A DNA stretch of 64,000 nucleotides. Source: Torpedo marmorata (taxonomy: Eukaryota). The translations under genes were made by a program, and so were the position numbers. Positions 1 to 11,662 of the stretch are shown here, piece after piece (position 1 is the stretch's first letter; each line of letters begins with the position of its first letter). The stretch lies in NCBI GenBank assembly GCA_977017645.1, contig OZ360227.1, positions 55,924,001 to 55,988,000 on the forward strand, read 5' to 3'. The notes below the pieces were generated by a model. That model was given only the letters and a program-made list of their open reading frames with translations. It was not told the origin of the DNA and made no database searches.

Positions 1-217
1 GTCCACTACACCACCAATCTTTGTATCATCTGCATACTTACTAATCCAATTTACCACCCTATCATCTAGATCATTAATATATATGACAAACAACAATGGA
101 CCCAGTACCGATCCCTGAGGCACTCCACTAGTCACCGGCCTCCAATTTGACAAACAATTTTCCACCACTACTCTCTGGCATCTCCTATCCAACCATTGTT
201 GAATCCATTTCACTACT
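1..217 (-). mobile_element. CR1 LINE ORF2 (RT) fragment
   Basis: Reverse strand encodes [24 protein letters not shown]...[14 protein letters not shown], matching the CR1 RT copies at 7230-7460 and 55249-55698. Confidence 0.85.
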
Positions 218-646
218 TGCGATTCCAAATCAGTATTGATTGAGGCGTATACTTGGATCTCACAGCCTGTCTCGCTGATCTCATGCTTGTTGTTCTCCAC
301 GAAAGTTGCTTTATCTCAGTCTTTTACTGATAAAGGAGGCCATGTGCTCTTCTCCACAGCCTTTCTCACTGGAATGCACAAGCCTCTGGTTTTGTTGTGT
401 TGCTCCAGTCTTTTGCAACTCCAAACTGAATGCTTTTTGCAGGGGTTTGCACCTGCTTTTGCAAAAGTGCAACAAAGTATCTTTCCACAGCCTGTCTCTC
501 TCTCTCTCTGTCTCTCTCTCTCTCTGAGTACAGCCAGTCCTGGGCAAGTTAACTCTTTCAGTACCTGGTCCCAGTGTGTACTCCAAAAGACTTCATCCTT
601 CCTGCTGACCGACCGCAGTCCAAATGGTCAGTCATGGTCCATAACA
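218..646 (-). mobile_element. Truncated LTR of the Gmr1-like family
   Basis: Aligns to the right half of the LTR at 25961-26831 (from about 26401) and ends in the same terminus catggtccataaca; the other terminus is missing. Confidence 0.9.
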
Positions 647-828
647 CCGTACACTTTCCAACATTGTATTTCATCTGCCACCTCTTTGCCCATTCTCCTA
701 GTCTATCCAAGTCTCTCTTCAACCTTTCTGTATCCTCGGCACCACCTCCCCTACCACCTATTTTGGTATCATCTGCAAATTTAGCCACAAAGCCATCTAT
801 CCCATAATCCAAATCATTTATATACTGA
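647..828 (-). mobile_element. CR1 LINE RT fragment
   Basis: ORF 558..866 reads [24 protein letters not shown]...LGEWAKRWQMKYNVGKCTV and then runs into the LTR. Confidence 0.85.
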
Positions 829-1009
829 ACGTAGCAAAATCCCACAGGTAGCAATATACCAATCACCCTAATATGTTAATTAAAAGTGGGAGCAGTCTTC
901 TTTCCTGCCCAACACCCCCTCCCCCTACGTCCTTTTCTTCTTCATCCATCTGCGTTTAAAAGTCTAATCCAATAAACAGCAACCCATCAAGCTTCTTAGA
1001 ACTGCTTCC

Positions 1010-1634
1010 TCTACTTCCTCAGGAGTTTACGGAGGTTTGGTATGACACCAGAAACCCTGGCAAATTTATACAGAGGCGTGGTGGAAAGTGTGCTGACCGG
1101 CTGCATCACGGTCTGGTATGGAAACACCAATACCACTAAGCGTAAAGCCCTCCAAAAGGTAGTGGACACAGCCCAGAACATCACAGGCAAAACCCTCCCC
1201 ACTATTGAGAACATCTGCAGGGAACGCTGTCGTCGGAGAGCAACAGCAATCATCAAAGACCCACACCACCCAGCACACGCTCTGTTCTCACTGCTGCCAT
1301 CAGGAAAGAGGTATAGGTGCCACAAGACTCGCACCACCAGGTTCAGGAACAGCTGCTACCCCTCCACCATCAGACTCCTTAATGACAAAGTCAATCAGAG
1401 ACTCATTTAAGGACTCTTGTGCACTTTATTGATTTTCTTTTGTTCTCTCTGTATTGCACAATCAGTTTGTTTACTTTCATTAACCGTTGACAGTTCTTTG
1501 TTTGTTTACATGTTTACGCTGTGTACAGTTTATTTTTGTGTGGTAATTCTGCTGCCTCCGCAGGAAAAGGGAATCTCAGGGTTGTATGTGATGTCGTGTG
1601 TGTACTCTGACAATAAATCGGAAATCTGAAATCA
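1010..1634 (+). mobile_element. Rex1/Babar-type LINE, 3' fragment with tail
   Basis: ORF 1042..1410 (ESVLTGCITVWYG...KDPHHPAHALFSLLPSGKRYR...RFRNSCYP) is homologous to the C-terminus of 45885..46640; tail ends gacaataaa plus short repeats. Confidence 0.85.
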
Positions 1635-2058
1635 GAACTGCACTGATCACAACAGTGCAGATTTAGAATCACAGTCACACAGCACGGAACAGGCCCTTCG
1701 GCTCAACTCGTCATTGCCATCCAAGTTGGCATTCTGGGCTGGTCCGATTTGCCTGCATTTGGTCCATATCCTTGAAGCCCTTCCTGTCCATAGATCTGTC
1801 CAAGCGAACTTTGAACGTTGCAATTGTATCCACTTCTGTAGCTTCCCCTGGCAGCTCGTCCCAGATATGGAAAGCACTCTGAGTGGAAAAAGTTGCCCCT
1901 CAGGTCCCTGTTTCTTCTCTGCTCTCTAGTTCTACCCTGGGAAAAAGACTGAGCATTTACTTTTTCTATCCCCCCACACCCCAGGGAATAAACATTAGCT
2001 TATCCAGCCTCTCTCTGTACCTCAAGTCCCAGCAACACCCTTTCCAACTCAGTGTGGT

Positions 2059-2798
2059 CTTCCCTATAGCTGGGCGACCAGACCTGTACACAACACTTCC
2101 CTATAGCTGGGCGACCAGACCTGTACACAACACTTCCCTATAGCTGGGCGACCAGACCTGCACACAACACTTCCCTATAGCTGGGCGACCAGATCTGTAC
2201 ACAACACTTCCCTATAGCTGGGCGACCAGACCTGTACACAACACTTCCCTATAGCTGGGCGACCAGACCTGTACACAACACTTCCCTATAGCTGGGCGAC
2301 CAGACCTGTACACAACACTTCCCTATAGCTGGGTGACCAGACCTGTACACAACACTTCCCTATAGCTGGGCGACCAGACCTGCACACAACACTTCCCTAT
2401 AGCTGGGCGACCAGACCTGCACACAACACTTCCCTATAGCTGGGCGACCAGACCTGCACACAACACTTCCCTATAGCTGGGCGACCAGACCTGCACACAA
2501 CACTTCCCTATAGCTGGGCGACCAGACCTGCACACAACACTTCCCTATAGCTGGGCGACCAGACCTGTACACAACACTTCCCTATAGCTGGGCGACCAGA
2601 CCTGCACACAACACTTCCCTATAGCTGGGCGACCAGACCTGCACACAACACTTCCCTATAGCTGGGCGACCAGACCTGTACACAACACTTCCCTATAGCT
2701 GGGCGACCAGACCTGCACATAACACTTCCCTATAGCTGGGCGACCAGACCTGTACACAACACTTCCCTATAGCTGGGCGACCAGACCTGTACACAACA
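2059..2798. repeat. 37-bp minisatellite, 20 copies, derived from CR1 ORF2
   Basis: Unit cttccctatagctgggcgaccagacctg(t/c)acacaaca repeated head to tail without spacers. The reverse complement encodes CVQVWSPSYR, matching the CR1 motif YCVQFWSPHYRK. Confidence 0.95.
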
Positions 2799-2800
2799 CT

Positions 2801-3160
2801 CTTCAAGGTTCCTTTTATTGTCACGTAATAATACATTAAAAATGTAACATACTTTTAACTATTGCTTGCCATAAGGCAGACAAAGAGTCGCCATTAGTAT
2901 TGCCCGGCGCCCCTTTCTGAGTGTCGGTGAATTTTCCTCCAGCGCTCCCGCAGCCTCTGCAGCCGCACAGACTCCTGTTCGATCCTTCGGCAACCCGAGC
3001 TCCAAGTCCAAACGTCCGATATGATCAGGAGGCCTTCAGCGCCCAAGGCCCTTCGGGAGCCCTTCTTGCCCTCAGCACCCTCTTGTATCCCAGGTCCAAG
3101 ACCTGGCTCCCATGAGCCAGTGTCCAGCAGCACATGCAGGTCCCCCAACCGCATTGCCTC
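2801..3160 (-). mobile_element. 5'-truncated copy of the CpG-rich non-autonomous retroposon
   Basis: Similar to the tail halves of 40176-41009 and 48866-49680. It interrupts a CR1 fragment that resumes near 3161. Confidence 0.75.
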
Positions 3161-6011
3161 TCCGAGTGTGATCTCACCAATGCCTTGTACAGCTGTATCA
3201 TGATGTCCCAACGTTTGTACTCATCATCCCGCCCAATGAAGACAAGTGCCAAACAACTTCTACACCATCCTTTACACTTTCAGGGAACTATGCACCTGTA
3301 TTCCTTGCTCTCTCCTACAACACTCTCCAGGGCTCCACCATTTACTGTGTAATGATAATGGTTTTATTGTTATATACATCCTACAGTGTACATATACACT
3401 GAAATTCTTACATGCTGCAGCTGAACAGGTACTTGGTTTAAAAAAAAAAGCTTACAAAACAACGAAAAAAAGGCATACTAAATACTTAGGTAATTGAATT
3501 AAAAAGACAACAAATGCACAAAAATAAATAAATATTCACAGTTCTTGTGCAAACAATGTCCAGCCCTGTGCTATTTTGAGCCATCCATGAACTGAACCCA
3601 CTACCTTTTAATTTAGAAATGGAACAATCAGTGCATAAACCACATCTGATACCTGCTGATGAATAAACCACAGCAGAGCAATGGGTATGATGTCAGTGCA
3701 AACTTTTTTCACGTGCCGCAATCCTGACCTTCACCTCCAATTCGCAGGGGTAGGATGGGGGAGTTCCAGGACTGGTAGGTACCATAGGGGCTTGAGTGAT
3801 AATTGTATTATAATTCGAATGTGTAAATACTGTGTAACTGCAATACTCTAATATTATATTAATGTGATTTTTTTTGTAATCACTGAACCACCTTTGTAAA
3901 AGGGAAAAAAATTCTCACACTGTTATCTCTTTCACAGATACAGGTATCACAGAGGGTAAAGAGAAAGGATAAAAAAGACTGAAATATTAATCAAACTTTC
4001 ATTAACTCCAACTTTATTTTTCCCCTAAAACAAACGACAAGAACAAAAAATAGAAGACAGAAATGCTTTTCATAAATACCTACTTTTCATTTCTCTTTTT
4101 ATAAAATCTCAAGACTTTTGCAAAATATAATACATACAAAGTTTTAAACTATATAAAATGATGATGATAGGCAAAGTCAAAATTAACTTAGGTCCTGGTG
4201 TAAGGAGCTGAGATACGTTCATGAACTATGTACAAATTGCTGGTTTGAGTATTGAGCTGAGAAATCATTCAGGTATAAATAAACTTGCAACAAACCCGTA
4301 TTCAGCTAGAAATACTTATAATTATTTACATTCATTATTCAGAAAAAAATTACATTATTCCTGAAGACTTTTTTGTGCCATAGACTCCAAGGAGGACAAG
4401 CATAAATTAAACATCTTAAATGTAAATTACCCTGCCATTCCACTTCAACCAATCGTGGCCTGGGTCGCCATCTCTTTGGAGGCCTTTAAAGATGTTATTT
4501 CGGAGCAGTATTTCAGAAATGCAACATGGAAATATCTTAGAAAATATTGCAGTTGCTGCGATTAATTCCATTGCTTCGAAACAGGCTGCAGTTCAGCTGG
4601 ACAAAATGCAGAGCAACTGAGTTGAGGGATAGGTGCAGTGACTGTTCAGGTAGCTTTCACCATGTACTGAGCTTTCAAAAACAGGCTATCAGACTTTTAG
4701 TAAAAACACAGAAAGCATCTCGTTTTCTGGATGCGAGGTGGCTCCAAAAGATGTTAGTTGGATGACCATCGCCTGCCTACATTTTGCTCATACCTTGAGG
4801 AAGGCCCGAAACGTTGGTTGTGTATCTTTATCGTTGCTACACTGTTTGACCTGCTGAGTTTCTCCAGCATTGTGTTTTTACTTTTCACCATATCTATTGT
4901 CATGTTTGGGGGGGAGGTGGTGGTAAATACGAACTATGCTTTGAGAAGGGTGACCTTGCAGAGGGCCTATCACATCCAGCAGAGGGGTCATTGAATTAAC
5001 ATCCACTCTAAACCACGGCACTACTGACTGTACGGAACTCCACTCGGGGCCTAGATTGGGTGCTGAAGTCTTCAGGCTGGTGAAATTGGACCCACAAGCG
5101 CCAGCCTCGGAGGTGAAAGTGTGACCAACTGACTCACAGCTAAAACAAACACCAGCTCTTGGGTCGCTCGCCTCTCTCAGCATGAAGCAGCAAAGCACAA
5201 ATACAGAGAGAGAGCACAGAGTGGGCAAGCACACAAGGGTCAGGGAGGAGGAGGTTTCCATCAAAAAAGGGTGCAGAGGTTATCAAGGATTTCACATCAG
5301 TGTCGAGGCTAACTGCAGTGACAGCAGAGCTCACATTTGGGCGACGCCGACTCGTGGACCTGTTACTGTGCTGTAACTCTAAATTAAAATAACTTCACAG
5401 ACGGGGGTCAGAAACACTCCCATTTGGCAGTGTGAAGGACACGGGCATGCACAGTAACACAGAAGCAGGAGCAGACGGTACAATGCCTTGCCCCACCATT
5501 CAACCACAGCCGACTTTCTCTCCCTCAGCACCACTTTCCTGTACGAACCCCACTGACATCCTTAACATCTACAGATTTAACTCAAACATAACGACAGGAT
5601 CCTGTTGATTACCTATCTTTTTCAACCTCATTCTCCTGCCTTCTCCCCATAACCCTTCCTTCTAATCAAGAACTCCCTCTATCTTAAATCTACCCAATGA
5701 CTTGGCCTCCACAGCCGAATGCAGCAACGAATTCCATAGATTCACCCCCTCTGGGTAAAGCAATTCCTCCTCATCTCTGTTCTAAAGGGATGTTTTTGTA
5801 TTCTGAGGCTATGCCCTCTGGTCCCAGACTCCTGCACCAGAGAAAACATGTACCTCCACATATTGAAAACTGGCCACATCAGGGATCCATCGGTGAATCT
5901 TCACTACATTCCCTCTATTGCAAATATATCCTTCCTTACGTAGGGGATCAGACCTGTACGTAATATCCCAGGTGTTGTTTCACCAAAGTCCACAACTATA
6001 GAGCAAAACTA

Positions 6012-8530
6012 ATGGAGAGGATTTTTAAGGATAGGATCTATGAGCATTTGGAGAAGTACAGTCTACTCAAGGATAGTCAGCATGGTTTTGTGAAGGGAAG
6101 GGCAGATGACACCAAGATAGGTGGTGGAGTAGGAAGTGTTGAAGTAACCGAAAGTTTGCAGAAAGACTTGGACAGCTTAGGAGAGTGGGCAAAGAAATGG
6201 CAGATGAGATACAATGTTGAGAAATGCACGGTTGTACATTTTGGAAGAGGAAATAAACAGGCAGATTATTATTTGGATGGGGAGAAAATTCAAAATTCGG
6301 AAGTGCAAAGGGACTTGGGGGTCTTCGTGCAGGATAACCTGAAGGTTAACCACCAGGTTGGATCAGCAGTAAAGAAAGCGAATGCTATGTTGGCATTCAT
6401 TTCAAGAGGAATAATGTATAAGAGTAAAGAGGTGTTAATGAGGCTCTATGGGGCACTGGTGAGACCTCATTTGGAGTACTGTGTGCAGTTTTGGGCCCCT
6501 TATCTCAGAAGGGATGTAATAATGTTGGAGAGAGTACAGAGAAGATTTACCAGGATGATTCCTGGAATGCAAGGGCTAACATATGAGGAACGTTTAGCGG
6601 CTCTTGGACTGTATTCATTGGAGTATAGAAGAATGAGAGGGGATCTCATAGAAACATTTTGAATACTGAAAGGATTGGACGGAGTAGATGTGAATAAGAT
6701 GTTTCCCTTGGTGGGTGAATCCAGGACAAGAGGGCACAGTCTTAGAATTAGAAGGTACCCATTTGGAACAGAGATGAGGAGGAATTTCTTTAGCCAGAGG
6801 GTCGTGGATTTGTGGAATTCGTTGCCACATACGGCTGTGGAGGACCGATCTTTGGGGGATTTTAAGGAGGAGATTGATAGGTATCTGATTGGTCAGGGTA
6901 TCAAGGGATATGGGGAAAAGGCCGGAAATTGGAATTAGATGTGAGAACAGTTTAGATCAGGGTGGAGTTGTGGAGCAGACTCGATGGGCCGAATGGCCTA
7001 CTTCTGTTCCTTTATCTTGTGATCTCACGAGTCTAATTGAGTTTTTTGAGGAGGTAACAAAAGAAATTGATGAGGGTAGGGCGGTAGATGTGGTCTACAT
7101 GGATTTTAGCAAGGCATTTGACAAGGTCTCCCATGAGAGACTCACCCAGAAAGTCATGAGGCACGGGATCAGTGGAACCTTGGCTGTGTGGATAAAAAAA
7201 TTGGCTTGTAGCAAAAAAGCAGAGTAGTAGTGGAAGGAAAGTATTCTGCCTGGAGGTCGGTGACTAGTGGAGTGCCGCAAGGATCTGTTCTGGGACCCCT
7301 GCTCTTTGTGATTTTTATAAATGACCTGGATGAAGAGGCGGAAGGATGGGTCAGTAAGTTGGCGGATGACACGAAGGTTGGAGGAGTTGTGGATGGAGCT
7401 GAAGGTTGTCAAAGGTTACAAGAGGATATAGACAGGATGCAGAGTTGGGCAGAAAAGTGACAGATGGAGTTCAATCCGGATAAGTGTGAGGTGATGCATT
7501 TTGGAAGGACAAACCAGAAGGCTGAGTACAGGGTTAATGGTCGGTTACTTAAGAGTGTGGATGAACAGAGGGACATTGGGGTTCAAATCCATACATCCCT
7601 CAAGGTTGCCGCACAAGTTGATAGGATAGTTAAGAAGGCCTATGGGATGCTGGGATTCATCAATAGGGGGATTGAGTTCAGGAGTAGAGAGGTCATGTTG
7701 CAACTCTACAAATCTCTGGTGAGACCACACTTAGAATATTGCGTTCAGTTCTGGTCACCTCATTATAGGAAGGATGTTGATTCCTGAGATGAAGGGGTTG
7801 ATTTATGATGAAAGATTAAATCGTCTGGGATTATACTCGCTCGAGTTCAGAAGAATGAGAGGAGATCTTATAGAAACATATAGAATTATGAAGGGGATGG
7901 ATAGGATAGAGGTAGGAAGGTTTTTTTCACTGGCGGGTGAGACCAAAACTAGGGGACACAGCCTCAAGATTCGGGGGAGGAGATTTAGGACAGAGATGAG
8001 GAAAAACAGTTTTTCTCAAAGAGTGGTGAATTTGTGGAATTCTCTACCCAGGGAAGCGGTTGAACATATTTAAGGTTCAGTTGGATAGATTTTTACATAA
8101 AAAAGGAATTAGGGGATATGGGGAAAGGGCAGGTAGGTGGATATTATTAAATGGCGGAGCAGGCTCGATGGGCCGGTTGGCCTACTCCTGTTCCTACTTT
8201 CTTATGTTCTTATGTTCTTATGTGGAAGCTATGGAGAGGGTGCAGAGGAAATTTACCAGGATGTTGCCTGGATTGGGAAACAAGTCTGATGAGGCAAGGT
8301 TAGCAGAGCTGGGACTTTTCTCTTTGGAGCATAGAAGGATGAGAGGAGACTTGATAGAGGTCTACAAGATATTGGGGGCATTTAAGAGAATCTTAGACAG
8401 ACATATGAATGAAAGAAAAATAGAGGGTTACGGGATAGGGAGGGTTTAGTACTTTTTTTTAGGAAGGAATATATGGGTTGGCACAACATCGAGGGCCGAA
8501 GGGCCTGTACTGTGCTATAGTGTTCTATGT
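6012..8530 (+). mobile_element. Nested cluster of three CR1 LINE fragments
   Basis: The outer CR1 (QHGFVKGR / LTSLIEFF...HYRKDV / EAMERVQR) is split by two 5'-truncated CR1 3' ends (about 6101-7024 and 7779-8221), each with its own tail; all are in the same orientation. Confidence 0.85.
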
Positions 8531-8554
8531 AAAACATTGATAAATCTCTTTTAA

Positions 8555-8808
8555 AATTTAAATTTAGACATACAGCACGGTAACAGGCCCTTCCGGCCCA
8601 CGAGCCCGTGCCGTCCAATTACACCCAATTAACCTACAATCTCCGGTACATTTCGAACGATGGGAGGAAACCGGAGCCCCCCAGGGAAAACCCACGCAGA
8701 CACGGGGAGAACGTACAAACTCCTTACAGACAGCGCGGAATTCGAACCACGATCCTGATCGCTGGCGCTGTAACCGAGTTGCGCTAACCGCTACACCAAC
8801 CGTGCCAC
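8555..8808 (-). mobile_element. tRNA-derived SINE (V-SINE/HE1-like)
   Basis: tRNA-like head with A box (tagcggttagcg) and B box (ggttcgaattcc), core tgtctgtaaggagtttgtacgttctcccc, and CR1-like tail gggcctgtta. Confidence 0.8.
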
Positions 8809-8930
8809 CCTCAGTTAAAGAGGTCCAAAATGTTCTCCGCATTCTTTTGTGCCTCAAACAGTTGCCCACTTTAAAACTGATGGGTCTCTTTGAGATAAGT
8901 GGTGATCCGAGCTGCTTCTTGGACCTGGGT

Positions 8931-9236
8931 GGCACAGTGCGGCATGTTGGAGCTGCTGCCTCAGAGCTCAGGAGAGTCAAGTTCAACCTTGACCTCGGGC
9001 GCTGTCTGTGTAGAGTTTGCAAATTTTCCCCATTTCCCCCAGGTTCCTCAGAGGCCCCAAAGGCATGCAGAGTTGGCGTTTAATTGGGCGCTGTAAATCA
9101 CCCCCAATAGTGTGGGTGAGCAGTACTGGGGGTGGGGGAGTTGATGAGAAGGAGGGAGAGAATGGGGGGATTAGTGTAAGTAGGTGGTTGAGGGTTGGGG
9201 CAGAGTTAATGGGCTGAAGGGCCTGTTTCCCTGCTG
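8931..9236 (+). mobile_element. tRNA-derived SINE, older copy
   Basis: Head ggcacagtg...gttcaacc, core gctgtctgtgtagagtttgca, tail gggctgaagggcctgtttcc; flanked by an imperfect 7-bp repeat cctgggt/ccaaggt. Confidence 0.7.
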
Positions 9237-9667
9237 CCAAGGTAAGCAATTTAATCGAGAAATATTTATTGGAGTTGAGCTTTTCTGGTTCCCTCAGTAA
9301 TGTTTCAGTAAATGATTTAGTACGCAGCCTTGTATTCTGCAGCTTGCTTGCAGGTTGGACCATGCCTTCCACTAAGAGTTTCAACTCTGCCGAGATTGAG
9401 CAAGTCCGTTTGGCTCTTCAAGCCTCTTCTATCACTCAGTGGCCGACAAGTGCCGCTCAAGTCCCTTACCAATGTCTATAGATGCATCATAGAAAGTATC
9501 CTGTCCGGATGCACCACAGCTTGGGACGAGAACTGCTCGCCCAAGACCGCAAGAAACTGTCGAGACTTGTGAAGGTAGCTTAGACCATCACACATACCAT
9601 CCTCCTCTCTATCGATTCTATCTTACTTCCCGCTGATTTGGAGAGATCCCACCCGGGCCATACTCTC

Positions 9668-9916
9668 TCTCATAGCACTAATAGCCTGAATACGACTGGG
9701 ATTGTCTGATCTCGGAAGCTAAGCAGGCACAGGACTGGTCAGTACCTGGAGGGGAGACCGCCAAGGAACACCAGGTGATGTAGGTTTCTGTGAGGGGTGC
9801 TGGACAAAGTAGCGACTCTCTTGTCTGCCTTACGGTAGACAACAATTAAAGAATTTCATGTATGTTACATTCTAAATGTAGTGTTACGTGACAATAATGG
9901 AACCTTTACCTTTACC
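9668..9916 (+). mobile_element. 5S rRNA-derived SINE (SINE3-type) with Rex-like tail
   Basis: 9668-9787 is colinear with vertebrate 5S rRNA (gtctgatctcggaagctaagcagg...gggagaccgcc...tgtagg), keeping A- and C-box-like motifs. It is followed by about 130 bp shared with the CpG-rich retroposon tail, ending gacaataa and (ccttta)n. Confidence 0.8.
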
Positions 9917-10349
9917 CAGTCCATTGGCACATGACCATGGAAACTAAAGATTTCAAGGATACTTTCTTTCCTGCTGTTGTCAGGCCCTTGAACGGACTTT
10001 TATTAGTAAAAGATGCCCCTTGCACTGTTTAACTGCACTTTTCTCTTTAACATTATACACTTCACCTTTGTTTTATTCTACCACTATCCTTTGCACCTTT
10101 CTCTTTATTTTGTACTATCTGCTGTATTATGTATCGGTTAACCTGCATGCAAAACAAAGTTTTTCACTGTATCTCAGTACACAAGACAATACACAAATCA
10201 ATTCAAGTGCTAACTCTACCCCTCTCTCCCAGTGTGATGTAAATGGGAAAGTTCTGTCGCAGGCCTCATAAAATAAGGTTGTTATTAATCTTTTACATTG
10301 AATATTTCCATCGCCCTTTGAACATGTTTTGACCTGATTCTCCCTCAAG

Positions 10350-11662
10350 TACTTTGGTGCTGTCTCATGTATCCATGATGAGCTCGTTGACTTCATCCAC
10401 TTTGCTGCCAACTTCCACCCCAACCTCAAATTCACTTGGTCCATCTCCAGCAACACTCTCCCTTTCCTCGATCCCTCTGTCTCCATCTCAGGAGACAAAC
10501 TCTCGACAGACATCTTCTATAAACCCACCAACTCACACAGCTACCTCGACTACACCTCTTCCCACCCTGTCCCCTGTAAGGATTCCATTCCATTCTCTCA
10601 AGTCCTCCGTCACCTTCGCATCTGCACCCAGGATGAGGACTTCCATGGCAGATCATCAGAGATGTCCTCCTTCTTCAAACAACGTGGCTTTCCCTCTCCC
10701 ACCATCAACTCAGGCCTCACCCACATATCCTCCATTACCCGCACATCTGCCCTGGCCCCCTCCGCCCCCACGCGTAACAAGGACAGGATTCCTCTTGTCC
10801 TCACCTACCACCCCACCAGCCTCCGCATCCACCATTTCCACCACCTACTACATGATCCCACCACTAGATACATATTCCCCTCCCCCTCCTCCCCTCTCCA
10901 CCTTCCGCAGGGATCGCTCCCTCCGTGACTCCCTTGTCCACTCCTCCCTCCCCACCAATCGTCCCCTTGGGACCTACCCCTGTGACTGCAGGAGATGCTC
11001 CACTTGCGCCCACACCTCCTCCCTCACCACCATTCAGGGCCTCAAACAATCCTTCCAAGTGAAGCAACATTTCACTGCAGGGGTCATCTACTGCATCCAG
11101 TGCTCCCGCTGTGGTCTCCTCTACATCGGAGAGCCTGGATGCAGACTGGGAGATCGCTTCGTTGAGCACCTCAGCTCTGTCCGCCGCAATAGCGTGGATC
11201 TCCCAGTGGCCACTCATTTCAATTCTCCATCCCATTTACTCACCGACATGTCTGTCCGTGGTCTCATGCACTGCCAGACTGAGACCACCCGTAAATTGGA
11301 GGAACAACACCTCACCTTCCGACTGGGCTCCCTCCAACCGGCTGGCATTAATATCGACTTCTCTGGCTTTCGTTAAAACCCCCGCCCCCTTCTTCCCCCG
11401 TCGTCTCTCCATTCCCTGTCTCCTTTCGCACAGACATGATAAATTCTACCTAGTACCTTATCACATCCAATTAACACCTTTTGTTGGTCTGGATTCCTCC
11501 CCCATTGTTTAAATTCTGAGACTTTCTGAGATTTCCTGCTTCTGGCTCATTCTGCTTATTCCTTGAAGAAGGGCTCAGGCCCGAAACGTCGGCAATATAT
11601 CTTTGTCTCCTATAGATGCTGAAAAGACTGGCTGAGTTCCTCCAGCATTTTGGTGTTTTTAC
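10350..11662 (+). mobile_element. Penelope-like element, 5'-truncated (RT thumb, GIY-YIG endonuclease, terminal repeat)
   Basis: Frameshifted RT C-terminus, then CxxC-CxxC linker and VIYCIQCSRCGLLYIGE...RLGDRFVEH...EEQHLTFRLGSLQPAGINIDF. Confidence 0.9.
11557..11597 (+). ncRNA. Minimal hammerhead-ribozyme-like motif in the Penelope terminal repeat
   Basis: tattcc-TTGAAGA-a-gggc tcag gccc-GAAAC-GTC-ggcaata: core-like boxes, 4-bp stem II, palindromic ACGT stem III, and flanks that pair as stem I. Activity is untested. Confidence 0.6.

Noticed and set aside
2059-2798. CRISPR-like 37-bp repeat (also the 49-bp array at 13870)
   Set aside because: Units are contiguous with no unique spacers, there are no cas genes, and the context is vertebrate.
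3938-3990. Plus-strand terminal exon after ttatctctttcacAG
   Set aside because: Only short, unrecognisable peptides and no supporting upstream exon in the window.
9668-9787. Functional 5S rRNA gene
   Set aside because: Many substitutions, no T4 terminator, fused to a retroposon tail, and not in a tandem array.
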